NCBI GenBank assembly: GCA_944358705.1 | Contig: CALVRR010000004.1 | Location: forward strand, 9,227 to 73,226 | Source: an uncultured Bacilli bacterium | Lineage (GTDB): Bacteria; Bacillota_I; Bacilli_A; RF39; UBA660 | Direction of reading: 5' to 3' | Length of the DNA stretch: 64,000 nt | Shown: piece after piece, positions 27,607-37,404 of the stretch | How the letters are laid out: every line of letters starts with the position of its first letter | Numbering within the stretch: position 1 is the stretch's first letter | Translations under genes and position numbers: made by a program | The notes under the pieces: model-generated | Told to the model about the DNA's origin: nothing | The model's database searches: none | Seen by the model: the letters and a program-made list of their open reading frames with translations, nothing else

Positions 27607-29736
27607 TCATCTAAAATAATCGTCATCCAATGAATCACCGCCAAATTCCTGATTCTTGCCGGTCCAATCATGATAATCTTTACCATCTTCTGCCCAAGCA
27701 CGACCCTCAGATCTTTCCGTATTTCTCGAATCAGTTAAATCTTGTTGATACTGGAATTCATGAGCTTGACGGTTTTCAACACGGTTATCAATACCATGCC
27801 AATTAACTGCATCTTTCGCGGCATCCGCAACTGTTCCTGCCCCATTACTTACCATATGTTTCAAATCCTCTCCAAAATAGGAAGCGGTTCTACCAGCATT
27901 TCGAACACTATCAAAGAAAGTTGCATTAGACTGCTTTGACTGTTTTGCTTTATAACCAGGTGCAGCACCCCAGCGTTTCATCTCAGCTTCCATCTTAGAA
28001 TCCGCAGATTGAAGTTTACCAACTCTCTTCGTTTGATCAGATATAGCATCAATTAATTTATCTCTCTTAAGAGTCTTAGTATCTCCATTTTTATCTTTAT
28101 ACACAAAATCGCCCTGTCCATAAGCAAGATGATTTTTCATCTTCTCTAATAGGTTTTGTTCGGCTAACATTTCATCATGTAAATTATCATATCGATCTTG
28201 TGAAATACCTTCACTACGTAAGAATCCACGTCCACGATTTCTTTTAGCAGCTGTCATATGATCATCTCCTGTAAGCATTTTAGCAGCCAAGTCTGCTCCC
28301 ATATTCCAATTATCACCAAGTCCAGGAAGTGGTTTTCCTTGATTATAAGCCTGTGTCTGTGCTCTTGCCGAATCTTGAGCAGCATACATGGCATTACGAA
28401 GTCCCCCACCTTGTTTTAAGGCACCAGCCGCAGCTAAGAAACCACCCAATCCAAAGTTAGTCATGCTACTACCTTTAATTCCAAGAACATCTTTAATAAA
28501 TTTAGGTGCCATCTTAGCAAAGAAGAATAAACCAATCCAAATAAAGATAACAGAAATAATTCCTACAATACCAGAAGCTTCATTCATAATGATACCGTTT
28601 GCAATCATATCTTGAATTAAGAAAATAACAAAATATACAATAGCAAGTCTTAAAAACAAATCTAAATAAGTAGAAGTCAAAGCTTTTACCCAGGAAGAAA
28701 ACATTCCTCCATCCTTAGACGATTTCGGTTCAATATAACTAATAACCGGAATTGGTGCAAGTAATCTTAAAATAGAAAGTTTAATAGATCGAATAGCAAT
28801 ATCTACCGTAAACAAAGCTAATAAAACTAAAAATACAACACCAATAACTAAAGATAAAATCCAGTTAAAAGCAAATACATAACGAGATTTTCCACCAATA
28901 CTAAAGATTGGAATAATATTACTAGCTAAATTCGCAGCATTCTGAAAAATATTACCACTAATATTACAATCTGCATGAATAATAGCACTACTCATCAAAG
29001 TTTCAGGAGCAATATCTAACTGACTATAAGTATCTATAGCCGTACTCGCATCCGAACTGATATCATGTCCACAATACCAATTATCCTGATTCGTCTCATC
29101 ACTATCTACCCTAGATTCTTCTGGAAGTAAATTAATTCTTAAAAAAGACTTTAAAATCGTAGAAGTAAAAATACGAGCTGATTTCTGCAATTTCTGATTT
29201 TGTATGTCCGCCTGCGTCATACCAGCAGTAGACCCTGAATTTGAATTATCGACGGCTTGATCCGTCATTTCAGTTCCCAGGATTAATCGTCCCAGAGTAT
29301 TATTCGATAAAATACGATCTTGTAAAGAATACAAAGTACCAAATAATAAACCATTATTATTAATATATTTTTCAAAGGAATTTGCATCTTGTACATTAGG
29401 AATATTAATAGGAACAAGAACCGTTAATAAAGCCAAAGAAATAACAACTCGGGTAATAAAATTACCAAAGCCTTCTTTCTGACTAGCAAACTGTTCTGGA
29501 TTCATAATTCCTTGCAATATCGTAACAGCTAACTTAAAGATCATAAATACACCAATGATAAGTTGGATACGACTATAAAAATTCTTAATTGTTTCATTTT
29601 CAAATAATTGAGCACTAGAAACATTAAAGAAAATCTGATACATAAGTCCCAATAAGAAGTAAATTCCACTATTAAGAACCGCACCAAGAGTTCGAAATAA
29701 ATCACCAATTGTATCCGCATTTGCGTTATCTGTCAT
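27607..29736 (-). CDS. VirB6/TrbL-like polytopic T4SS channel protein
   Basis: IRSIKLSILRLLAPIPVISY..F.SW signature, multiple TMs, Gly/Ala-rich cytoplasmic tail. Confidence 0.75.
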   Translation of the reverse strand: MTDNANADTIGDLFRTLGAVLNSGIYFLLGLMYQIFFNVSSAQLFENETIKNFYSRIQLIIGVFMIFKLAVTILQGIMNPEQFASQKEGFGNFITRVVISLALLTVLVPINIPNVQDANSFEKYINNNGLLFGTLYSLQDRILSNNTLGRLILGTEMTDQAVDNSNSGSTAGMTQADIQNQKLQKSARIFTSTILKSFLRINLLPEESRVDSDETNQDNWYCGHDISSDASTAIDTYSQLDIAPETLMSSAIIHADCNISGNIFQNAANLASNIIPIFSIGGKSRYVFAFNWILSLVIGVVFLVLLALFTVDIAIRSIKLSILRLLAPIPVISYIEPKSSKDGGMFSSWVKALTSTYLDLFLRLAIVYFVIFLIQDMIANGIIMNEASGIVGIISVIFIWIGLFFFAKMAPKFIKDVLGIKGSSMTNFGLGGFLAAAGALKQGGGLRNAMYAAQDSARAQTQAYNQGKPLPGLGDNWNMGADLAAKMLTGDDHMTAAKRNRGRGFLRSEGISQDRYDNLHDEMLAEQNLLEKMKNHLAYGQGDFVYKDKNGDTKTLKRDKLIDAISDQTKRVGKLQSADSKMEAEMKRWGAAPGYKAKQSKQSNATFFDSVRNAGRTASYFGEDLKHMVSNGAGTVADAAKDAVNWHGIDNRVENRQAHEFQYQQDLTDSRNTERSEGRAWAEDGKDYHDWTGKNQEFGGDSLDDDYFR

Positions 29737-29752
29737 AAAGCATCACCACCTT

Positions 29753-30964
29753 TTATTTTAAACCACATATAGCATCTGTTGTAATTCCAAACGTATCAAG
29801 TAAAACACTAACAAGTGTAGGTATTAAAAATAATGCAATAGCTAAAACTAAACGAATTGCTAATTTTTTTTCTGCCTTTTTCATACTTTCATCATCACTA
29901 GTAATAATAGCTTTTGCAAAATCTAAACTACTAAGAATAACTACTAAAATAGGTCCTAATATTTTAATATAATTTAAAAGTTGTTGCAATAACCAAGCAA
30001 CAGATTCTTCATCTTCCGTACTACCTAAAATAGAATTACATTCTGCATCTTGATTATAAGAATTTAAATCTTCTCTTAAATCATCAATAGTAACAGAACC
30101 TGGTTGATAATTATCATTAGAAGAACTTGAATCACTATCTGGATCTCCAAAAGATCCATTATAATAACTAGAACCAAAAGCTTGTCCATCTTCAGTACTA
30201 AGCTCATCATTCGTACAATAACCAGCAGAAGTAGATAATTCATAAGAATAACCATCCTCTGTTTTGCTAACGCAACGATAAATACTAGTAGGACAACTAG
30301 TCTTAGAAGAACCATAAATAGTATCTAATAAAGAATCATTCACAGAGATAGAAAACTTCTCTCCATTCACACTTCCCGTAATAGAATCCGTTACAGGTAC
30401 ATAAACTTCTCCCCCAATTGACCACTCTTTAGTACCATCAGAATAAAGTCTGAAATAAGGAAAAACATAACTCTTACGATTATAAAATCCCATACTAGAA
30501 CCAACACAAGTAGAAGAAACCTTCTTAGATTTTATCCCCTGATTCTTTGCCCATTTTGATAATTTAGGAGTACTAGAAGTAATATTATAACAACGTCCAG
30601 AACAAGAATCACGATACACGGGATTAGAATAAACCGTAACACCCAAATCATTTTCTTGTACATAAATAGAAGGACAAGTAATAGTAGAATTATTAATTTT
30701 AGCAATATTATAATAAGTATCTGAAAATTTATCACTATGATACCAAGCACGACCATCATTAGAAAATAAACTTCCATCACCAAAAGGAAGCCCTACACTT
30801 CCATCTGAAAAAATCTGATAATTTAATTCTATTTTCTTACCATTTTCATTTGTAAATTGATAATCACAACTAACAACCTCTTTAGCTAAAGCATTCGTAT
30901 TATATGGAATACAAAACAAAAAACCAAAGATAAAAATAAACAAAGAAATTTGCAACTTTCTCAC
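29753..30964 (-). CDS. Minor pilin: secreted Cys-containing domain fused to C-terminal VirB2/TrbC-like pilin domain
   Basis: Likely GTG start at 30964 (GGAG RBS), signal peptide ending ALA; C-terminal PILVVILSSLDFAKAI..DD..KKA..RLVLAIALFLIP. Confidence 0.65.
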   Translation of the reverse strand: MRKLQISLFIFIFGFLFCIPYNTNALAKEVVSCDYQFTNENGKKIELNYQIFSDGSVGLPFGDGSLFSNDGRAWYHSDKFSDTYYNIAKINNSTITCPSIYVQENDLGVTVYSNPVYRDSCSGRCYNITSSTPKLSKWAKNQGIKSKKVSSTCVGSSMGFYNRKSYVFPYFRLYSDGTKEWSIGGEVYVPVTDSITGSVNGEKFSISVNDSLLDTIYGSSKTSCPTSIYRCVSKTEDGYSYELSTSAGYCTNDELSTEDGQAFGSSYYNGSFGDPDSDSSSSNDNYQPGSVTIDDLREDLNSYNQDAECNSILGSTEDEESVAWLLQQLLNYIKILGPILVVILSSLDFAKAIITSDDESMKKAEKKLAIRLVLAIALFLIPTLVSVLLDTFGITTDAICGLK

Positions 30965-31011
30965 TGTCACCACTCCATATAAACATTCATACAGAATAAG
31001 TATAACAAAAT

Positions 31012-31040
31012 AAAAAAAAAATAGCAATTATTTTGCTATT
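31012..31040 (-). terminator. Terminator after VirB2-like major pilin
   Basis: aatagcaa/ttgctatt stem plus long U tract. Confidence 0.7.
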
Positions 31041-31047
31041 TAATTTA

Positions 31048-31410
31048 TTATTTAATACTATTCCAACAATTAGCCCAGCTAGTAGTATCAGCTTCACCAT
31101 CACCAGCTTCAGCTCCTGTAGTAACTAGTGACATAAGTAAACTTACTAATGTAGTAATGAAGAAGATAGCTACTGCATAAATACATCTTTTAATTAAACG
31201 GCTTTGTGCTTGTTTAACTTCTTTTTCATCACTAGAAATAACAGCTTTACCTAAATCAATAGTACCAAAAACAATTAATAAAATTGGAATACCAATTTGA
31301 ACAATAGGGAATACACCTTTTTTAATAATTCTAACGATTGGTTCTAATCCCCCGCAGTTGTCATTAACATTTCCAACTACACCTATTTGAAATAAATCTA
31401 ACATAAACAA
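31048..31410 (-). CDS. VirB2/TrbC-like T4SS pilin (probable major subunit)
   Basis: 120 aa; two hydrophobic helices separated by KAVISSDEKEVKQAQSR; TTG start, strong RBS. Confidence 0.7.
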   Translation of the reverse strand: MFMLDLFQIGVVGNVNDNCGGLEPIVRIIKKGVFPIVQIGIPILLIVFGTIDLGKAVISSDEKEVKQAQSRLIKRCIYAVAIFFITTLVSLLMSLVTTGAEAGDGEADTTSWANCWNSIK

Positions 31411-31430
31411 CTCTCCTTCAACATAAATTA

Positions 31431-31459
31431 ATATTATCTTAAAAACAAAAATTTGTCAA
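31431..31459 (-). promoter_or_regulatory. Sigma-A promoter of the VirB2-like pilin
   Basis: TTGACA-17-TAATAT. Confidence 0.6.
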
Positions 31460-31461
31460 CA

Positions 31462-32451
31462 TTACCTACGAAATAATCCAAAGATTTTACCAGATTCCTT
31501 CTTTTCTGCTTTCGCAGAAATTAACCCCATACGAGATAAAAAATCATCAAAAATAGGATTTCTTTTTCTCTCATCTAACGGAGGCATATTATAAAACACC
31601 TTCGTCTTTGCTTCATATTCAAAATCAGTAATATCTTTATTCGTAAGCAAACTTTTATTCAAAATGATTTTTTTCTGCTGAAGTTTAGAAAAAATATTAC
31701 GATTTCTTCGCATCAATCGATTAAGCTTTATTGTAGAAGGTTCTAATAAATATAAAACATCTCCACAACAAGAATCATCTGGATAATCATTCAAATCAAT
31801 TAAAATAACCGAAGCACCAGCATACCGAGTAAGAGCCGCTTGTACTTGATCAGCAGTAATAGATAACATGTTTTTATCTCCAAAATATTGAAAGTCATTC
31901 TTATTAATTTCTAAAGCAATAATTGTATCACCAAAATGAACTTTCAACTCTTTCTTTAATATATATATAAATGTGGTAGCACCAGCATGTTCTGTAACAT
32001 TGCGAATACCAATAATTTTAGAACCACTCTCGACTTTTTCAACAATCGTATTAGAAACATCATTAAGTTGCTGAATATGAGCCACTTGCTTATAAGAATT
32101 AGGATGTTCTAGTAAATATTTAACACCTTCAATATTAGTTGTAAAGTTATAAATCCCCATAGAAACAAGTTTAGATAAAAAATTAGAAGTACAAACATCA
32201 GACCCCTCTGGCAAAAAGAAAACAATCTTTTCAACATCAAGTCCCATAGCAATGACTTGAAAACTTTTTATATTATGAAAATCTTTAATAGCAGTAACAT
32301 CCAAAACCATCTTGTTATAAAAAAAGTTTTTAAACATTTCTACTATTTCATTTGCTTCATATTCCCCAGAAATACTTTTTATAACATCAATATCTAACCC
32401 AGCTAAAAGATTTCGTTGTGTATTACTAACTATTACATTCATAAGAATCAC
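31462..32451 (-). CDS. TadZ/CpaE-like protein (receiver-like plus degenerate ParA/MinD domain)
   Basis: KIIGIRNVTEHAGATTF (degenerate Walker A), VILIDL, ILNK, C-terminal amphipathic KIFGLFRR. Confidence 0.55.
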   Translation of the reverse strand: MILMNVIVSNTQRNLLAGLDIDVIKSISGEYEANEIVEMFKNFFYNKMVLDVTAIKDFHNIKSFQVIAMGLDVEKIVFFLPEGSDVCTSNFLSKLVSMGIYNFTTNIEGVKYLLEHPNSYKQVAHIQQLNDVSNTIVEKVESGSKIIGIRNVTEHAGATTFIYILKKELKVHFGDTIIALEINKNDFQYFGDKNMLSITADQVQAALTRYAGASVILIDLNDYPDDSCCGDVLYLLEPSTIKLNRLMRRNRNIFSKLQQKKIILNKSLLTNKDITDFEYEAKTKVFYNMPPLDERKRNPIFDDFLSRMGLISAKAEKKESGKIFGLFRR

Positions 32452-32457
32452 CCTATT

Positions 32458-32907
32458 CTATTCAAACGGTGTAATCAATTTGGTATTACCAGAAACCTGA
32501 AAAATTTTTAAACCTGGCATTATTTTATTAATAATTGGAATATCAATATTAATCTGTGTTACAACTTTAAAATAGATTTGATTATCGCCTTCAGAAACAA
32601 CCCCTTCTGGCTTTTCATCAGCAACATCAAAACGTTGATAACAATATCCTTCATGACAAGTATAACCATCTATTTTAAAATCGGGAGCACTATACCCAAT
32701 TTGATGTATATAATTAGAAATTTTTTGAGCACAAGCGGTATTTTCTCCCTCACAATTTCCTTCATACTGTTCCATTGTCGTAATAATGTAATTTTTGACA
32801 CGAAATGCTTTTGTATAATTAACATTAAATGCCAAATAGCCACATACCAAAACTAAAAATATAACAATCATTGATAAATTGACGATTCCACCAAAAGCAT
32901 CCCGCAT
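32458..32907 (-). CDS. TadE-like pseudopilin
   Basis: N-terminal hydrophobic helix, terminal YFKVVT...IDIPII..F.VSG.T strands; follows Flp-like gene. Confidence 0.5.
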   Translation of the reverse strand: MRDAFGGIVNLSMIVIFLVLVCGYLAFNVNYTKAFRVKNYIITTMEQYEGNCEGENTACAQKISNYIHQIGYSAPDFKIDGYTCHEGYCYQRFDVADEKPEGVVSEGDNQIYFKVVTQINIDIPIINKIMPGLKIFQVSGNTKLITPFE

Positions 32908-32925
32908 CTTTTACACCTACCCTTT

Positions 32926-33102
32926 TTATCTGTTATGATCAATAACAATATAAGTTTTCTTATAATTACCAGAAATATTACCCCATTGACTATTGATAGA
33001 TTGCTGAATATTAGGCCACATAATCCAGAAAAACCCAATAATTGCTGCAATTGCAATTAAAGTAATAACTGTTAAGTTTAATTCTCCTGTTGCTGCTTTC
33101 AT
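32926..33102 (-). CDS. Flp-like pilin
   Basis: 58 aa from ATG 33102: ATGELNLTVITLIAIAAIIGFFW..P.I...I; directly after TadC-like gene. Confidence 0.6.
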   Translation of the reverse strand: MKAATGELNLTVITLIAIAAIIGFFWIMWPNIQQSINSQWGNISGNYKKTYIVIDHNR

Positions 33103-33140
33103 AAATACATACACATCCTTTCCTATTGTATACAATATAT

Positions 33141-33169
33141 ATTATAACAAGATTATTTATTTTTAACAA
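33141..33169 (-). promoter_or_regulatory. Promoter of Flp-like pilin
   Basis: TTGTTA-17-TATAAT with extended TG. Confidence 0.55.
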
Positions 33170-33185
33170 TACGTTTTAAATTATT

Positions 33186-33971
33186 TTACATATTAAACAT
33201 CATCATCATAGAAATCAAAATAACTAACATAGTACCAGCACCAGTAACAACAAGCATAACCATCGTTTGACTCTCCATATGATTTAGACGTTCTTTATAT
33301 TTTGTTTCACGTGCTTTATTTTGCAAGTTAGAAACAGTTCTAGAAAACATCATTAATCGTTCTTGTTTTCTTTCTTGAGAACCAAGTCCCAAACGATATA
33401 ACAAACGCATCATACGCATAGAATCACGAACTGGATAAGTATTGGCAAATTCCATATAAGGATCAATAGAAGAATCTCCTGAATTAATACGGTCAATTAA
33501 TTTACGAAGACCAGGTTTAAAAATATCTGGAGCATCATCAATAGATTTACCTAAAGCAACTGGTACAGTATAATGTTGAATTAAAATTTCCAAACTTTTT
33601 AAATAGTATGGCAACATTACATCAATATCATGCAAATGTGCTTTATAAAAAGATTTTAATTGTGTATATGGCATTTTAAAAACTAGTACTGCAACCACAA
33701 CACAAAATACTACATTTAGAAAAGATAATTGATTTAAAAAAATAAATAAGAAAATAATTGCCACGATAATTGCATAAAAAATTCTTTTTCGAAATAATTG
33801 ATTGGGATCAACTTCTTCTCCATATCTTGCATAAACCAAAAAGTTATAATCATCTTCTCTTAAAATATCAAAATACTTTTCATTGTCAGCAATAAATTTA
33901 TTTTTATCAATCGTATTATTATATATTAGGATAAATATAATAATAGCTCCTACAACAATAACCTCAACCAT
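33186..33971 (-). CDS. TadC-like pilus platform protein (T2SSF family)
   Basis: TMs, LPYYLKSLEILI..VPVAL, C-terminal TM; tandem with TadB-like gene. Confidence 0.7.
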   Translation of the reverse strand: MVEVIVVGAIIIFILIYNNTIDKNKFIADNEKYFDILREDDYNFLVYARYGEEVDPNQLFRKRIFYAIIVAIIFLFIFLNQLSFLNVVFCVVVAVLVFKMPYTQLKSFYKAHLHDIDVMLPYYLKSLEILIQHYTVPVALGKSIDDAPDIFKPGLRKLIDRINSGDSSIDPYMEFANTYPVRDSMRMMRLLYRLGLGSQERKQERLMMFSRTVSNLQNKARETKYKERLNHMESQTMVMLVVTGAGTMLVILISMMMMFNM

Positions 33972-34873
33972 TATTCAGCACCTACATTCTCATTATAATA
34001 TTTCTCACCCTTTAATAAGAAAATAGTATTAATTATTAAAACACCGTGCAATAAAACTTTAATATACCAACGATCAAGTAATATCAAATAAGTTTCTCTT
34101 CCTAACAAATATTGTACTAACATAACCATCAAATAAAGCATAATACCAAACTGCAAAAAAGATTTATGAAAAGAAGCTCTTTCAATACGATCTCGATAAA
34201 CACTCTCAACTAACATATCGATATCCAGTTGCATATTATCTAAAGACTCCATAGAGTTTCTTGCACCTTCTTTGGTAATCTGTAAAAACAACTGATGCAT
34301 GTTTTTTACAATATAATAAGGATATAACTGACTCATATAAATAAGTGACTCCTCAATACTACCATTTTGATAAGCAAGTTCTATCATATGATCAACATCA
34401 CTTTTTACAGGGTCTTCTAAAATACCAGAATTACGTACACCTTCTAGTGCTTTAACAAAAGACTGAGTCGTTGCAAATTCCATAATCGTATTCGAAGTAT
34501 AAACTTGAATTTGTTCAAAAATAAATTCACTATAAATACGTTTACAACGTAAATAAGATAGATATGGAATAAACATAACAACAACAATAATATAAATCAA
34601 AGAAATAAATAAGTTATAAAAATATAAATAACTAACCACTCCAGTAAAAGAAGCCATAACAAGAACTTGAATCATATATTGTCTAGGCGTATATTCTTGC
34701 CCTAACTCTTTTGTTTTTTCACGAACTACTTTAAAAGAATAAGGAGCGAATCGATTATATACATCTTGTACTTGATCAGTAATAAATTTACTAACATTTT
34801 GTCCTTTATAATTACGATAAAGAACAATAAGAACAACGACGACAACAAGAAAAATTAACTCTTCTAAATACAT
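33971..34873 (-). CDS. TadB-like pilus platform protein
   Basis: TMs, F.EQ..SFVKALE, two C-terminal TMs; follows CpaF. Confidence 0.7.
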   Translation of the reverse strand: MYLEELIFLVVVVVLIVLYRNYKGQNVSKFITDQVQDVYNRFAPYSFKVVREKTKELGQEYTPRQYMIQVLVMASFTGVVSYLYFYNLFISLIYIIVVVMFIPYLSYLRCKRIYSEFIFEQIQVYTSNTIMEFATTQSFVKALEGVRNSGILEDPVKSDVDHMIELAYQNGSIEESLIYMSQLYPYYIVKNMHQLFLQITKEGARNSMESLDNMQLDIDMLVESVYRDRIERASFHKSFLQFGIMLYLMVMLVQYLLGRETYLILLDRWYIKVLLHGVLIINTIFLLKGEKYYNENVGAE

Positions 34874-34889
34874 AAAAATTCACTCCTTT

Positions 34890-36536
34890 CTATTCCAAAC
34901 TACTTAAAGAAGAAAAATCGACTGTTGGTGTAATTGGTGTAGCATTAATATCTGTCGGTGGATTGGTACTCGCCGGTACTTCTTGAGAAACCGCAGGTAC
35001 CGTTAACACCGGAGAAGCACTTGGAACATTGACTGATGGTTGATTAGTAACATTCGTAGTTTCTATAGAAGAATCTGCAGAAGGTACTACAACATCCGGT
35101 GCAGAAGAAACTTCTGAAACAGGAGCAACATCTGGTACAGAAGAAACTTCCGGAACCGGTGTAGAAACTGCTTCAGGAACAGCTGCAGAACCTTCAACAT
35201 TTGTAGCATCTACCACTGGAGCCTCGGATGGACTATCAGCAATATTAACCGTTGGAACTATTGGAACTGAATTTACTGGAGCAGGAGCAACAGCAACTTC
35301 AGTATCTTGCGAACTCGATTCTTGAGTGTTCACCACTGCAACCGAAGAACCATCACCGGCACTACCATCATTTGAAGAATCAGAATCATCAGAATCATCA
35401 GAAGACTCTTCAGAATTATCAGACGAATGTTGTTCCATATATTCTTCTCGCTCAAGATCATCTTTAAAAGGTAAGTCATCACTTAAATGTTCTGTAATAG
35501 AACTAATATCAATATTTTGATTTTCTAGATATTCAATTAAATGTGGACTAGGTTTACGTAAAACAGGTTCTTGACCAAATAGCTTCTGATAAATAATCCT
35601 ACTCTGCGGTTTATTATTTTCATCAACATAAAATTCAACAACCTCATCAACTTCACGATGGAATTTACCCTTTTCTTTACTATAATATGCTTTAATATGA
35701 ACACCTAATTGAATATATCGATAAATAGTATTTAAAAATTGATTAACATCCAAATCTGTTTCCATCAAACTATACATACGATACGGAATAGCCGAAGCTT
35801 TATCCGCATGAATCGTTGATAAAATATTATGTCCAGAAGAAATTGAATTACGTACGGCAGAAACAGCTTCTGCACTACGAACTTCGGATAACAATATCCA
35901 TTTTGGATTTTGACGCATACAAGTAACAAGAACATCCGTATAACTAGCAACATTATTTGTTTTCATAGCAACAATATCACGTTGTGGAAAAATACGATCC
36001 AAATGAAGTTCCAAAGTATCTTCGATAGTAATAATTTTTTCACTCGTACGAGTATGACTAGCCAAGTATTTAACAAACTCTGTTTTACCAGAACCAGTTT
36101 CACCACAAACAATAATATTACAATGTCCTTCCACACATTTAATCAAAATATCATGAATATCCTGAGTAAAGTAATCATCCTTCAACAACTTGTCTTTCTC
36201 TAATCTAATCTTTGCTGGAGTTTTACGAATAACCATAGCAATACCATTCGTAGCAATGGAAGGATGAACAAAGTTTAAACGTAACTCAGATGATTCTGCA
36301 TCCAAAAATGGTTTCGCATTATTAAACGTTGTCCCCATAACATTAGAACACTGAAAAGCAAGTTTTTCCACAAACTCAGGAGTAAGACCTTGCACTTCTA
36401 CTCTTAAAGAACCTTGAGTTAGAGAACGAACCCATATTTGACCATTATTATCAAAAGAAATATCCGTAATATCATCATTATCTAGTAAAGGACGCAACGG
36501 TCCAAAATCAAGTTTATCAAAAATATTCTCGTTCAT
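34890..36536 (-). CDS. CpaF/TadA (VirB11-family) pilus assembly ATPase with acidic Pro/Ser/Val-rich tail
   Basis: GPLRPLLDNDDITDI, GETGSGKT, ITIEDTLEL, RQNP..SEVR..EA, SGH..STIHA. Confidence 0.92.
   Translation of the reverse strand: MNENIFDKLDFGPLRPLLDNDDITDISFDNNGQIWVRSLTQGSLRVEVQGLTPEFVEKLAFQCSNVMGTTFNNAKPFLDAESSELRLNFVHPSIATNGIAMVIRKTPAKIRLEKDKLLKDDYFTQDIHDILIKCVEGHCNIIVCGETGSGKTEFVKYLASHTRTSEKIITIEDTLELHLDRIFPQRDIVAMKTNNVASYTDVLVTCMRQNPKWILLSEVRSAEAVSAVRNSISSGHNILSTIHADKASAIPYRMYSLMETDLDVNQFLNTIYRYIQLGVHIKAYYSKEKGKFHREVDEVVEFYVDENNKPQSRIIYQKLFGQEPVLRKPSPHLIEYLENQNIDISSITEHLSDDLPFKDDLEREEYMEQHSSDNSEESSDDSDDSDSSNDGSAGDGSSVAVVNTQESSSQDTEVAVAPAPVNSVPIVPTVNIADSPSEAPVVDATNVEGSAAVPEAVSTPVPEVSSVPDVAPVSEVSSAPDVVVPSADSSIETTNVTNQPSVNVPSASPVLTVPAVSQEVPASTNPPTDINATPITPTVDFSSLSSLE
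35091..35162. repeat. Imperfect 36-bp tandem duplication in TadA tail
   Basis: aacatc(c/t)ggt(g/a)cagaagaaacttc.. x2, encoding PV(P/S)EVSS(V/A)PDV. Confidence 0.7.
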
Positions 36537-36566
36537 CTAACCCATCTCCTTTTTATTCTTTAACTT

Positions 36567-37385
36567 CTACCCCATACTTTCTTCCCAGTAAGTAACAGTA
36601 TCAATCCACTCACGTAGACTTTCACTACTCATTTCCAAATCATCTGGTTCATCTTGTAAACTTTCATTCGTTGGTACTGGAACCAATTCAGAATTATATA
36701 ATGATAAATAACTAGCCTTTTTTAGTAATATATAATATTCTTCAGGTAAAGCAAACACAAGCATAGCTGGTGTTCTTTGCTCATCCAAATTAGAGAATAC
36801 TGGTTGACCAGAAGAATCTTTAACAGCTAAAACTTTAACATTCTCAATAAATTTACCATATTGCATTAACTCACGATCATTTGCTGAAGTTGCAGCTTCA
36901 TTACCAGTAGTTTTTCTAGTAATTCTTAAATAAATATCAATATAATTACCAGGATAAATCGAATTACCATAAGTACTTTCAATACTAACTGGCATATTAT
37001 ATAAAACATAACCTTTTGGATAATCCAAAATAATATTCGCTGGTAATTGTTCTTTTTCTACCACTTGTCTAGTATAAAACAAACTACCTTCAGGAATTAA
37101 TGTATCTGCATTAGAATATTTATCAATTACATCTGCTTGATTCGTAATAACATCACCTTCAAGCATAGAAGGAGGAACATCTCTAACTCCTACCATATCT
37201 TCCGTAATTTGTATTCCTGGACTAATTTGTTGTTTTGCATATGGAACACTAACTGGGTTAACAGCAGCATTGACACGCATATTATAAGCAATATAAAGTA
37301 CAAGAACTGCTACAACAACACCAACAACAGTTACTGTGTTCTTATTCGATAGAAATTTTTTAATTCCAACACTAAGATTTCCCAT
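36567..37385 (-). CDS. CpaB/RcpC-like SAF-domain pilus protein
   Basis: TM, YAKQQISPGIQITEDM (SAF), IYPGNYIDIY, ENVKVLAVKD. Confidence 0.8.
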   Translation of the reverse strand: MGNLSVGIKKFLSNKNTVTVVGVVVAVLVLYIAYNMRVNAAVNPVSVPYAKQQISPGIQITEDMVGVRDVPPSMLEGDVITNQADVIDKYSNADTLIPEGSLFYTRQVVEKEQLPANIILDYPKGYVLYNMPVSIESTYGNSIYPGNYIDIYLRITRKTTGNEAATSANDRELMQYGKFIENVKVLAVKDSSGQPVFSNLDEQRTPAMLVFALPEEYYILLKKASYLSLYNSELVPVPTNESLQDEPDDLEMSSESLREWIDTVTYWEESMG

Positions 37386-37404
37386 TCTATTCTCTCCTTC
37401 CTTT

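Noticed and set aside
30965-31027. Upstream extension of the minor pilin ORF (MLFFFYF..)
   Set aside because: Runs through a terminator U-tract; GTG at 30964 has an RBS and gives a clean signal peptide
35091-35162. 36-bp repeat as a possible CRISPR remnant
   Set aside because: Two adjacent imperfect copies without spacers, in frame within TadA; no cas genes
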